From Clostridiaceae bacterium (GTDB lineage Bacteria; Bacillota; Clostridia; Oscillospirales; Acutalibacteraceae): a stretch of 49,155 bases of DNA. The position numbers and the translations under genes are program-made. The stretch covers positions 1 through 49,155 of the forward strand of contig JAEDGK010000001.1 of the NCBI GenBank assembly GCA_016297555.1, given 5' to 3'. The notes under the pieces were generated by a model. It was not told the origin of the DNA. It worked only from the letters and a program-made list of their open reading frames with translations, and made no database searches. Positions 19,799-28,875 of the stretch are shown here, one piece after another; position 1 is the first letter of the stretch; every line of letters begins with the position of its first letter.

Positions 19799-21973
19799 AT
19801 GAAAAACATTCTCAGCGCACAATGGATAAAAAGCCCTAAAATCGCTCTTGACCGTGAAATCTGCTTTTCCGCGGAATTTGAGACGGAAAAACCGATTGAA
19901 TACGCGGAGCTTGAGGTAACCGCGCTCGGCGTTTACAAGGCTGAAATCAACGGAAACAGGGTGGGCGATTATATTCTTGCCCCCGGCTATACTTCATACG
20001 GTCATTGCTTGCAGGTTGAAACCTATGATGTTGCAGAAATGCTTGAAAAGAAGAATAAAATAACTCTTTCGGTTGCCCCCGGATGGAAAGCCCACGGATT
20101 TTTCGGCAGACTGGAGGAGAGCTTCCTCGGCTTCAAGGAGACCGCCGCAATCTGCGCTCTGACAATAAAATTTACCGACGGCGAAACACGAATCATAACC
20201 TCGGGCGGAAATTGGAAATGTGAAAACGGAAAAACAATCTATTCCGATGTATATAACGGCTATGTTTACGACCCGTCATATACCGACCCCGAGCCGGGTC
20301 GGGCAAAGGTGTTCCCCTGCGGCAAATCGGCGCTCAAAGACAGAGTCGGCGAAAAGGTTATCGAGCATGAACGCCTCCCCGCAAAGGAAATAATCATAAC
20401 TCCCAAGGGAGAGAAGGTTATTGATTTCGGTCAAAATCTGACGGGATATGTTGAGTTCGCAATAAAAGGCAAAAAAGGTGAGAGGGCTGTTATCAGCCAC
20501 GGAGAAACGCTTGACGGCGAAGGCAATTTTTACAATGCAAACTATCGCTCCGCAAAGGCGCAGGCTGTTTTCATCTGTGACGGTGAGGAGCATCGCTTCA
20601 AGCCTGATTTTAACTTCTACGGTTTCAGATACATAAAGCTTGACGGCTTCAGCGATGAGATAAAGAAAGAGAATTTCACGGCTGTTGTTGTTCATTCGGA
20701 TATCAAACGCACGGGCAGCTTTGAATGTTCGGACGAGAGAGTAAATAAGCTGTTTTCAAACATAATATGGAGTCAGAAAGGTAATTTCCTCGATATTCCG
20801 AGCGATTGCCCGCAGAGAGACGAGCGCCTCGGCTGGACGGGCGACGCGCAGGTTTTTGCAAAAACGGCGTCATATAATTTTGATGTTGAAAGATTTTTTA
20901 CAAAATGGCTTGCGGATTTAAGGGCGGATCAGAATCCTTGGGGCTCCGTGCCTGCGGTAATACCCGCAAACAACAGATGGGATCACACCTCCTCCGCCGC
21001 ATGGGGCGACGCCGCAACCGTTTGCCCGTGGCAGATGTATCTGACCTACGGCAACAGAAAATTCCTTGAGGATTCTCTTGAATCCATGAAAAAATATATT
21101 GCTTTCATTGAAACTTACAGCAGAAACGGGCTTTGGTCGGAATCCGGACATTTCGGGGATTGGCTTAACCTTGACGGCAGCAGCGCCGAGGACTGCTCAA
21201 TAGGAACGGATAAAACGCTGATAGCTACCGCTTATTATATTTATTCAACCGAAATCCTGATTAAATCAATGAATATCTGCGGTGAGGACGGCTCTGAATA
21301 CACGGAGCGCAGAGAGAAATCAATTTCCGCTTTCAGAAATAAATTTATGAAAGACGGCAGAATCATTCCCGAATACGCAACTCAGACCGCCTGTGTGCTT
21401 GCCGTATATTTCGGAATAAGCGACGATATTGCCGAAACCGCAAAACAGCTTAACGAGCTTGTAACCGAGTGCGGACATCTGAAAACGGGCTTTGTCGGCA
21501 CGCCTTATCTGCTCCATGCTCTGAGCGAAAACGGCTATGTAAAGACCGCCTATGACCTGCTCCTTAGGGAAGAATATCCCTCTTGGCTGTTTTCCGTAAA
21601 AATGGGGGCAACGACCGTCTGGGAGCATTGGGACGGTATGCGTGAGGACGGAACGATGTGGAGCACGAGCATGAATTCATTTAATCATTATGCCTACGGA
21701 AGCGTTGCCGATTGGCTTTACGGCAAGGCGGCGGGTATTAATACCGACGAGAGCCGCCCGGGCTTTGAGCACATTGTTTTTGAGCCGATAACCGACCAAA
21801 GGCTCAGCTATGTAAAGGCTTCGATTGAAACAAGGCGCGGCACGGTTCGCTCGGAATGGAAAACCGAAAACGGCAAAACCGTTTATGAGTTTACCGTTCC
21901 CGAGGGCGTGAGTGCTACGGTAATTCTCGGCGGCAAAAAAACCGAGATTGGGTCGGGAGTTCACAAATTCTGA
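19799..21973 (+). CDS. Alpha-L-rhamnosidase (GH78)
   Basis: IDFGQNLTG, PSDCPQRDERLGWTGDAQ, GATTVWEHWD and SFNHYAYG motifs. Confidence 0.95.
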   Translation: MKNILSAQWIKSPKIALDREICFSAEFETEKPIEYAELEVTALGVYKAEINGNRVGDYILAPGYTSYGHCLQVETYDVAEMLEKKNKITLSVAPGWKAHGFFGRLEESFLGFKETAAICALTIKFTDGETRIITSGGNWKCENGKTIYSDVYNGYVYDPSYTDPEPGRAKVFPCGKSALKDRVGEKVIEHERLPAKEIIITPKGEKVIDFGQNLTGYVEFAIKGKKGERAVISHGETLDGEGNFYNANYRSAKAQAVFICDGEEHRFKPDFNFYGFRYIKLDGFSDEIKKENFTAVVVHSDIKRTGSFECSDERVNKLFSNIIWSQKGNFLDIPSDCPQRDERLGWTGDAQVFAKTASYNFDVERFFTKWLADLRADQNPWGSVPAVIPANNRWDHTSSAAWGDAATVCPWQMYLTYGNRKFLEDSLESMKKYIAFIETYSRNGLWSESGHFGDWLNLDGSSAEDCSIGTDKTLIATAYYIYSTEILIKSMNICGEDGSEYTERREKSISAFRNKFMKDGRIIPEYATQTACVLAVYFGISDDIAETAKQLNELVTECGHLKTGFVGTPYLLHALSENGYVKTAYDLLLREEYPSWLFSVKMGATTVWEHWDGMREDGTMWSTSMNSFNHYAYGSVADWLYGKAAGINTDESRPGFEHIVFEPITDQRLSYVKASIETRRGTVRSEWKTENGKTVYEFTVPEGVSATVILGGKKTEIGSGVHKF

Positions 21974-22090
21974 TATCTCCGCGGGGCTTTCGCTTATTGC
22001 GTCAGCTCCGCTTATTTTTCTCATCAAACAAAATGACTGCAATACTGAATGAATTTATTAAAAAAGCTTTGCTTTTGTCAAAAATTACTA

Positions 22091-22119
22091 TTGACAAACG
22101 CCTTTCATTGTACTAAAAT
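22091..22119 (+). promoter_or_regulatory. Sigma-A promoter of ABC operon
   Basis: TTGACA-N17-TAAAAT. Confidence 0.7.
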
Positions 22120-22136
22120 ACATAAAGTAAACTCAA

Positions 22137-22156
22137 CGCTTTAAAGCTTTAAAGCG
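22137..22156. promoter_or_regulatory. Perfect 20-bp palindrome, candidate operator
   Basis: CGCTTTAAAG|CTTTAAAGCG between the promoter and the RBS. Confidence 0.6.
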
Positions 22157-22178
22157 GCAAAAACAGGAGGAAAACACA

Positions 22179-23195
22179 ATGAAAAGATTTGTTAAAATTC
22201 TTTCGGTCGTTATGTGCCTTGCAATGCTCTGCACGGCTTTCGCAGGCTGCGGCGGAAAGGCAGACGGCAATACAACAGCGGCAGACGGCGCAACAGCAGC
22301 GGACAGCGGCAAGGTTTATAATGTCGGCGTTATCCAGCTTACTCAGCATATCGCTCTTGACGCGGCAACTCAGGGCTTCAAAGACGCTCTGACCGAAAAG
22401 CTCGGCGACAAGGTAAGCATCAATGTTCAGAATGCCGCAGGCGAGCCCGCAACCTGTGCAACAATGGCTCAGCAGTTTGTTGCAAACGGCGTTGACCTTA
22501 TTATGGCAAACGCTTCTCCCGCTCTCAGCGCGGCTGCAAGCGCAACGGCTGATATCCCCATCGTTGCAACTTCAATCACCGATTATCCCACCGCTCTTGA
22601 TATTCCCGCAGCAGATTGGACGGGAAAGACAGGCTTCAATGTTACCGGCACATCAGACCTTGCTCCTCTTGATCAGCAGGCTGAAATGATTCTCGAGCTC
22701 TTCCCCGAGGTTAAGACAGTCGGTATCATCTACTGCTCGGGAGAAGCAAACTCCAAGTATCAGGTTGAAGCCGTTACAAAGGCTCTCACCGAAAAGGGAG
22801 TTACCGTTAAGGATTATTCCTTTGCAGATTCAAACGATATCGCCGCAGTAACAACAAAGGCTGTTGCAGAGTGCGATGTTCTCTATTCTCCCACCGATAA
22901 TAAGGTTGCCGATTTCGGCGAAACCATCAACAACATTGCCGAGCCTGCCGGTATTCCCCTTATCGCAGGCGAAGAGGGAATCTGCAAGAAGTGCGGCGTT
23001 GCCACTCTTTCAATCGATTATTATGATATCGGTTACGAAGCAGGTCTTATGGCTTATGAAATCCTTGTCAACGGCGCAAATCCCGGCGATATGGAGATTG
23101 GCTATGCAAAGGAGTTCACCAAGGAATATATGAAAGACCGCGCAGCGGCTCTCGAGGTTGCAATTCCCGAGGACTATAAGGAAATCGAAGCATAA
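22179..23195 (+). CDS. ABC transporter substrate-binding lipoprotein (COG2984, putative aromatic amino acid/TrpX type)
   Basis: Lipobox FAGC; QHIALD, NVTGTSD, EANS, PTDN and SIDYYDIG motifs. Confidence 0.88.
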   Translation: MKRFVKILSVVMCLAMLCTAFAGCGGKADGNTTAADGATAADSGKVYNVGVIQLTQHIALDAATQGFKDALTEKLGDKVSINVQNAAGEPATCATMAQQFVANGVDLIMANASPALSAAASATADIPIVATSITDYPTALDIPAADWTGKTGFNVTGTSDLAPLDQQAEMILELFPEVKTVGIIYCSGEANSKYQVEAVTKALTEKGVTVKDYSFADSNDIAAVTTKAVAECDVLYSPTDNKVADFGETINNIAEPAGIPLIAGEEGICKKCGVATLSIDYYDIGYEAGLMAYEILVNGANPGDMEIGYAKEFTKEYMKDRAAALEVAIPEDYKEIEA

Positions 23196-23215
23196 AAAAT
23201 CACTAATTTAATCTC

Positions 23216-23247
23216 AAAAAGCGGTAAGCAAAAACTTATCGCTTTTT
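23216..23247 (+). terminator. Intra-operon hairpin/terminator after the substrate-binding gene
   Basis: AAAAAGCGGTAAG / CTTATCGCTTTTT stem. Confidence 0.55.
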
Positions 23248-23301
23248 GTGCTTGTATAAAAACATTTTGCAGGCGTTATTGCCTGCGGGTCAGGAGAAAA
23301 T

Positions 23302-24210
23302 ATGGCAGCATTTTTTGGTTCTCTGCCGGGCGCGATTGCTCAGGGTATTATCTGGGGAATAATGGCCATCGGCGTTTATATCACTTACAAGGTGCTTGAC
23401 CTTGCAGACCTTACGGTTGACGGTTCGCTCGCAACGGGCGGAGCGGTTTTTGTCGTTTTGTCAACCTCGGGTGTTAATATGTATCTTGCGTTGCTTGCCG
23501 CGCTGGTTTCGGGCTGTCTTGCAGGCCTTGCAACAGGAATTTTGCACACGGCTTTCGGAATTCCCGCCATTCTTGCCGGTATTCTCACTCAGCTTTCGCT
23601 CTATTCAATTAATCTGAGAATTATGGATAAGAACGCTAACATCGGCATAAGCTTCCGCAATTACGATCTTATGATAACTCTGAGCAACATCAATAAGTCG
23701 CTGCTTGTCGGTGCTTGCTTTGCCGTTGTTATCATCGCAATTCTTTATTGGTTCTTCGGAACGCAGATTGGCTCGTCAATCCGCGCCACGGGCTGTAATG
23801 CCGCTATGGCAAGAGCCAACGGAATTAACACCAACCTCAACAAAATCATCGGTCTTGTTATTTCAAACGGAATAGTTGCTCTCTCGGGCGCTTTGCTCAC
23901 TCAATGGCAGGGCTTCGCTGATATCAATATGGGCAGGGGCGCAATAGTTATCGGTCTTGCCGCCGTTATTATCGGCGAGGTTATATTCGGCAAGCTGTTC
24001 CGCAATTTTGCTCTGCGCCTGCTTTCGGCAGTTATCGGCGGAGTTATCTACTATATCGTTATGACCTTTGTTATCCAGCTCGGTCTTGACGCAAATGACC
24101 TCAAGCTTTTCTCGGCCGTGGTTGTTGCGATATTCCTCGGAATTCCCTATTGGAAGAGCAAGCTGAACTTCAAGGGCAAATCTGCAAAGGGAGGTGCGGC
24201 AAATGCTTGA
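23302..24210 (+). CDS. ABC transporter permease (COG4120)
   Basis: DLTVDGS, LYSINLRIM, IRATG and GLAAVIIGE motifs. Confidence 0.9.
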   Translation: MAAFFGSLPGAIAQGIIWGIMAIGVYITYKVLDLADLTVDGSLATGGAVFVVLSTSGVNMYLALLAALVSGCLAGLATGILHTAFGIPAILAGILTQLSLYSINLRIMDKNANIGISFRNYDLMITLSNINKSLLVGACFAVVIIAILYWFFGTQIGSSIRATGCNAAMARANGINTNLNKIIGLVISNGIVALSGALLTQWQGFADINMGRGAIVIGLAAVIIGEVIFGKLFRNFALRLLSAVIGGVIYYIVMTFVIQLGLDANDLKLFSAVVVAIFLGIPYWKSKLNFKGKSAKGGAANA

Positions 24211-24997
24211 GCTTAAAGGCATTTACAAAACCTTTAATCCCGGAACGATTAACGAGAAAAAGGCGCTTAACGGCATTGACCTTGTGTTGAACGACGGCGA
24301 TTTTGTAACCGTTATCGGCGGCAACGGCGCGGGCAAATCAACGGTTTTGAATATGATAACAGGCGTTTTTCCCGTTGACCGCGGCAGCATAGTTGTTGAC
24401 GGGGTTGATGTTACAAGGCTCCCCGAGCATAAGCGTGCAAAATATTTCGGGCGTGTTTTCCAAGACCCGATGACGGGCACCGCCGCCAATATGGAGATTA
24501 TTGAAAACCTTGCAATCGCTTCAAAGCGCGGCGAACACAGGACGCTCAGATTCGGCGTAAGCAAAAAGGAAAAGGAGCAATACAGAGAGCTGCTCAAAAA
24601 GCTTGACCTCGGGCTTGAGGACAGGCTCACTTCAAAGGTCGGTCTGCTTTCGGGCGGTCAGCGCCAGGCTCTTACCCTGCTTATGGCAACCTTGAAAAAG
24701 CCTAAGCTGCTCCTGCTTGATGAGCACACCGCCGCTCTTGACCCCAAAACCTCTGCAAAGGTGCTTGCGCTCAGCGATAAGATCATCTCCGAAAACAAGC
24801 TCACCGCAATGATGGTTACTCACAATATGCATGACGCAATAACCTACGGCAACCGTCTTATAATGATGCACGAGGGAACAATAATTCTCGATATTTCGGG
24901 AGAAGAAAAGAAAAAGCTGACGGTCGAGGCTCTGCTTCAGAAGTTTGAAACCATCAGCGGAACAAAATTTGCAAACGACAGAGCTTTGCTCACATAA
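24203..24997 (+). CDS. ABC transporter ATP-binding protein (COG1101)
   Basis: GGNGAGKST, RVFQDP, LSGGQRQ and LDEHTAALDPK motifs. Confidence 0.92.
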   Translation: MLELKGIYKTFNPGTINEKKALNGIDLVLNDGDFVTVIGGNGAGKSTVLNMITGVFPVDRGSIVVDGVDVTRLPEHKRAKYFGRVFQDPMTGTAANMEIIENLAIASKRGEHRTLRFGVSKKEKEQYRELLKKLDLGLEDRLTSKVGLLSGGQRQALTLLMATLKKPKLLLLDEHTAALDPKTSAKVLALSDKIISENKLTAMMVTHNMHDAITYGNRLIMMHEGTIILDISGEEKKKLTVEALLQKFETISGTKFANDRALLT

Positions 24998-25020
24998 TCA
25001 ATGCCCAACGGGCAAAAAAA

Positions 25021-25055
25021 TAAAGCCTGAGAAGATTTTTTCTTCTCAGGCTTTA
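25021..25055. terminator. Hairpin terminator of ABC operon
   Basis: TAAAGCCTGAGAAGA / TCTTCTCAGGCTTTA perfect 15-bp stem. Confidence 0.75.
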
Positions 25056-25113
25056 AGCTTAATTATGATGAATTGGAAGTTTGACAGCACATATAGCAAA
25101 ATCTGTCAAGCCC

Positions 25114-25163
25114 TGTAGGGGAGGCGTTTCGCCTCCCGCGGGACGGGAAACCCGTCCCCTACA
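25114..25163. repeat. Inverted pair of GTAG-type REP elements
   Basis: TGTAG-GGGAGGCG-TTT-CGCCTCCC followed in inverted orientation by TGTAG-GGGACGGG-TTT-CCCGTCCC. Confidence 0.75.
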
Positions 25164-25225
25164 AGGAAAAACAAACAAAACGATAAATTCCGATTTGCGT
25201 TGGACTATTATATCATAATGCAAGG

Positions 25226-25296
25226 GTAGGGCGTTTTGACCGCAAGCCGCCGAGAAAACGATGCGATTTTTCGGCGGGAGTAAGCCCCCGCCCTAC
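25226..25296. repeat. Second inverted pair of GTAG-type REP elements
   Basis: GTAGGGCG...CGCCGA and its inverted partner ...TCGGCGGGAGTAAGCCCCCGCCCTAC. Confidence 0.65.
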
Positions 25297-25316
25297 GCTG
25301 TGCAGGAAATTTCGGA

Positions 25317-25907
25317 TTAATAATAACGGTAGCTTGCGATTACCTTGCCGAGGATAATAACCTCGTCAACAATTATCGGGTCAAGAGCGTCATTTTCGGG
25401 CTGAAGTCTGAAATGCCCGTTTTCTTTATAGAAAGTTTTAACGGTTGCGGAGTCCTCAATAAGAGCAACCACCATTTCGCCGTTGCGGGCTGTGGGTGTT
25501 CTTTCAACGATAACGATATCGCCGTCAAGAATACCTGCTTGAATCATGCTCTCGCCCCTGACTTTAAGCGCGAAAAGCTCCTTATCCTGCGCACCGGGCA
25601 TCGAAAAAGGCAGATAGCCCTCTATTTCTTCAACCGCAAGTATGGGCGCGCCTGCCGTGACGGTTCCGAGCACGGGCACATGGGTAACATTATCCGCCTG
25701 ACCGACTATTCGGATGCATCTTTTGAGCATGGGCGGGCGCTGAATGTAGCCTGCGGCTTCAAGCGCGTCAAGGTTAGCCTGAACGGACGAGGTTGAGCGC
25801 AGACCGACCGCCGCGCCGATTTCACGCACGCTCGGGGTCATATTGTCCTTTGCTTTTTCGAGAAGAAATTCATATATTTTTTGCTGAATAGGGGTTATGG
25901 GTTTCAT
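25317..25907 (-). CDS. lexA: LexA repressor
   Basis: PSVREIG winged helix, VTAG cleavage site, GESM catalytic Ser, TVK catalytic Lys, LQPEN. Confidence 0.97.
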   Translation of the reverse strand: MKPITPIQQKIYEFLLEKAKDNMTPSVREIGAAVGLRSTSSVQANLDALEAAGYIQRPPMLKRCIRIVGQADNVTHVPVLGTVTAGAPILAVEEIEGYLPFSMPGAQDKELFALKVRGESMIQAGILDGDIVIVERTPTARNGEMVVALIEDSATVKTFYKENGHFRLQPENDALDPIIVDEVIILGKVIASYRYY

Positions 25908-25970
25908 GCTTACTCCTCTTTTCTAAACAAAATTGCTTTATTTTAGCGGGCAAATACTTGCCCTGCGACC

Positions 25971-26010
25971 ATTATAGCACAAATGTTCAAGAAATGCAAA
26001 CATTTGTTTG
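25971..26010 (-). promoter_or_regulatory. lexA promoter overlapped by two Firmicute SOS-box-like sites
   Basis: Minus-strand TTGCAT(25999-25994)-N17-TATAAT(25976-25971); GCAC-AAAT-GTTC (25977-25988) and CAAAC-ATTT-GTTTG (25997-26010) resemble GAAC-N4-GTTC. Confidence 0.7.
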
Positions 26011-26106
26011 ATATTTTTCAAAAAATTTTTTTGCGGCGGGTATTTTAATAATTAAAGAATTGTGTTATAATGTCTTAAATACAATATTATTAAGGAGGAA
26101 ACCGTA

Positions 26107-27702
26107 ATGGCGGAGAGGAAAAACAAGAATATTCCGAGAGCGAAATTTCCCGAGCAGGTCGGAATAAGCTCAAAAGAGATAGGCGCACTAATCAGAGATT
26201 TTGATTCAAGCGGTATTGAAGTTCATTCAATGATGTTTATTCGCCACGGTAAGGTGGCTCATGAATGCTACCGCTATCCTTATAACAGCGAAACTCCGCA
26301 CACAATGTATTCCGTAAGCAAAAGCTTTACATCGATTGCCGTCGGCTTTGCGATTGACGAGGGACTTTTGACTCTCGATACAAAGGTCATTGATATTTTT
26401 CCCGAATTCAGACCCAAAAAGTATGACGAAAATCTTGAAAAACTGACGGTTTTTCATCTGCTCACCATGTCGGCGGGCAAGGATGTCAGCCTGATAAGCG
26501 ATAAAACAAAGGGCACTTGGGTCAAGGATTTCTTTTCTTCAAAGTGGGCGTTTGCTCCGGGCGAGGGCTGGCGTTACATAAGCGAAAACACTTATATGTG
26601 CTGTGCGATAATTAAAAAGCTCACGGGAATGGGCGTTATCGATTATCTCACTCCGCGCCTTTTTGAGCCTCTCGGATATACCCGCAGACCGTTTTGGGAA
26701 ACCGACCCGCAGGGCACCGAGGCAGGCGGTTGGGGCCTGTTTGTAACAACAGACGAGCTTGCAAGGTTTATTCTCTGTTTGCAGCAGGGCGGAAAATATG
26801 CGGGCAAGCAGGTTATTCCCGCTTGGTATGTTGAAAAGGCGACCTCTTCTCAGTTTGACAACAAACAGTATGACGACCGTGATTCACATTGCGGCTACGG
26901 CTTCTTCTTCTGGATGAACGCTTTTGAAAACAGTTACCGTGCCGACGGAATGTTTTCGCAGTTCGGCATAGTTTTCAAAGACTATGACGCGGCGTTTGTT
27001 ATCACTTGCAGCGAGGTTTTCGAGCAGAAAACAATGGATTGCATCTTCCGCCACTTCCCTCATATTTTCATTGAAAACCAAAAAACGAAGCCCAAGGACG
27101 CCGAAGAAAATCTCACCTTGTCGCCTCTGCCTGCGCTTCCCGCCGCGCCGAGAAGCGTAATCGAGGAATTCGTCAAGGAAAAAATAATTCACTTTAACAA
27201 AAATCCGCTGCTTAACGCCATAGGCTGGCCGCTTTCAATGCTGCCCATGGCTGTTGTCTATATGTCGGCAAACCGTGCGGGAAATATTGATAATATGATT
27301 CTCAATTTCTCCGAAAACGAATGCACCGTCACTTGGGACGAGGGCAAGGAGCATAACACGATAGTCTGCGGTATGGACGGCGTTGAGCGTTACAGCAAAA
27401 TCCGTCTCGGCGGAATTGATTTTACGGCGGTTTCAACCGCGGCGTGGAAGAGCGACAGCGAGCTTGAAATTTGGATGCGTCCGCTTGAATCCATATGCGA
27501 GCGCAGAATAGTTCTTGAATTTAAAGGAAAGAGCGTAACGCTCCGTCCGTCAAGTCAGCCCCCTCTTGCAACTATTGCAGACAGCGTAAAAACAACCGTA
27601 AAGGCTTTCATACCCAATGAAAAGCTTGCAGAAATCGGCAGTAACACGGTAACGAAGCTTGATGTAATTGCAGAGGCGCCGCTTAACGGAAAACTTATAT
27701 AA
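26107..27702 (+). CDS. Serine hydrolase, beta-lactamase/class C-like family
   Basis: SxxK (YSVSKSF), HLLTMSAG, WRY, RLFEPLG and YGFFFW motifs. Confidence 0.85.
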   Translation: MAERKNKNIPRAKFPEQVGISSKEIGALIRDFDSSGIEVHSMMFIRHGKVAHECYRYPYNSETPHTMYSVSKSFTSIAVGFAIDEGLLTLDTKVIDIFPEFRPKKYDENLEKLTVFHLLTMSAGKDVSLISDKTKGTWVKDFFSSKWAFAPGEGWRYISENTYMCCAIIKKLTGMGVIDYLTPRLFEPLGYTRRPFWETDPQGTEAGGWGLFVTTDELARFILCLQQGGKYAGKQVIPAWYVEKATSSQFDNKQYDDRDSHCGYGFFFWMNAFENSYRADGMFSQFGIVFKDYDAAFVITCSEVFEQKTMDCIFRHFPHIFIENQKTKPKDAEENLTLSPLPALPAAPRSVIEEFVKEKIIHFNKNPLLNAIGWPLSMLPMAVVYMSANRAGNIDNMILNFSENECTVTWDEGKEHNTIVCGMDGVERYSKIRLGGIDFTAVSTAAWKSDSELEIWMRPLESICERRIVLEFKGKSVTLRPSSQPPLATIADSVKTTVKAFIPNEKLAEIGSNTVTKLDVIAEAPLNGKLI

Positions 27703-27715
27703 ACAAGGGATTTTT

Positions 27716-28603
27716 ATGAGCACGAAAGGAAAGGAAAAGGCGGTTAAGACTTTAAATCGCAGCAGCAGAAAAGCGCTTATTGCTGCGGTTTCGGTAATCT
27801 GCGCCCTTTTGGTTATAATTATTGCCTTTCTTGCTTCAAAAAACAGCATTTATTACAGCATGGCAAGGGCAAAGGCGGAAAAAAATCAGTTTTCAGCCGC
27901 CGCAGAGCTTATAGAAAATGCCGGCGGCGAAAAAGCCGAGGCGCTTGCGGAATATATAACGCTGAGAACTGAAATCAACAGCGAATATCCCACTTTGCTC
28001 GCGCAGCTTGACTCCGAGAAAACCGCGCTCTGGGGCGAAACCGCCGAGAAGCTGAGCAATCAGGCGGAGCTTATCGGCAACACGCTTGCGGCGCAGGCAA
28101 TGGATATTTCGCAAAGCCTTGCTACGGTCAACAGCTGCATTGCGGAATATGAGTCAATGCGTTCCGATATTCTTTCAATGATGGATGTTTTTGCCGAGAT
28201 AAACCGCCTCCACGCAAAGGGGAGCGACGGCAAAAACACGGCGTTTACCGTTTCGGAGGAGCGTGAGCTTCTTGCGGGCTGGGAACGGCAGAACGAAGCA
28301 CTGGCGCGCTTTGCGGCGAGCATTCCCAACGGCGAAAATCTGTATTTGCTCAATTATCTGATAAAAGAGGTTCAGGGCGAATGTGCCGATATCAGCGCGG
28401 CGATTGACGCCGTTATCGCAAGCGGATATTCCGAAACCGACCTTGTTCGTTTCAGCGGAGAGGGTCACAAAAGCTTCCCGAGCATAACTAACGACAGTAA
28501 CGAATCCGTAAATGTTCTCGAAAAAGAAAAATACGAGCAGTTTATGTATAAAGGCATATGTCGTGCCCTTGCGGAAAGCCTCGGGAAATATTATTTGCCG
28601 TAA
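27716..28603 (+). CDS. Membrane-anchored helical protein, unknown function
   Basis: Basic N-terminus, one TM helix, host-like codon style, operonic spacing. Confidence 0.65.
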   Translation: MSTKGKEKAVKTLNRSSRKALIAAVSVICALLVIIIAFLASKNSIYYSMARAKAEKNQFSAAAELIENAGGEKAEALAEYITLRTEINSEYPTLLAQLDSEKTALWGETAEKLSNQAELIGNTLAAQAMDISQSLATVNSCIAEYESMRSDILSMMDVFAEINRLHAKGSDGKNTAFTVSEERELLAGWERQNEALARFAASIPNGENLYLLNYLIKEVQGECADISAAIDAVIASGYSETDLVRFSGEGHKSFPSITNDSNESVNVLEKEKYEQFMYKGICRALAESLGKYYLP

Positions 28604-28647
28604 ATTTATTTGTAATTTCCTGCGGACACATTTTTACTTGTGTCCCA

Positions 28648-28676
28648 TTGACAGGGAAAACTGAATGTGATACTAT
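28648..28676 (+). promoter_or_regulatory. Sigma-A promoter upstream of riboswitch
   Basis: TTGACA-N17-TACTAT with TG extension. Confidence 0.7.
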
Positions 28677-28687
28677 AATTACAACAA

Positions 28688-28830
28688 GTTAAAGGGGAGT
28701 AGCTTAAGGGCTCAGTCCCGAGCCGATTGTCAACAACCGTTGCCCGCGAGGGCATCTGGCAGGCGGCCCGATTTTTTGGAAGCAAGACCTTTGACAGAGG
28801 ATTATTACACCTCTGCCAAAGGCTTTTCTT
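28688..28830 (+). promoter_or_regulatory. yybP-ykoY (Mn2+) riboswitch with overlapping terminator
   Basis: AAAGGGGAGTAGC...GTCAACA...TGGC...GCAAGACCTTTG hallmark segments; P1 GTTAAAGG/CCTTTGAC; terminator CTTTGACAGAGG/CCTCTGCCAAAG+CTTTTCTT shares the P1 3' strand; lies upstream of a P2A ATPase. Confidence 0.88.
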
Positions 28831-28875
28831 ATACCGGCAGATTTTTTAATTCAATTTGAAAGGATTTGAGGTTAA

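Noticed and set aside
25070..25310. CRISPR array
   Set aside because: Hairpins are inverted, non-identical and irregularly spaced; no cas genes.
26107..27702. Beta-lactam resistance gene
   Set aside because: SxxK fold only, with no signal peptide; more likely a cytoplasmic esterase/amidase.
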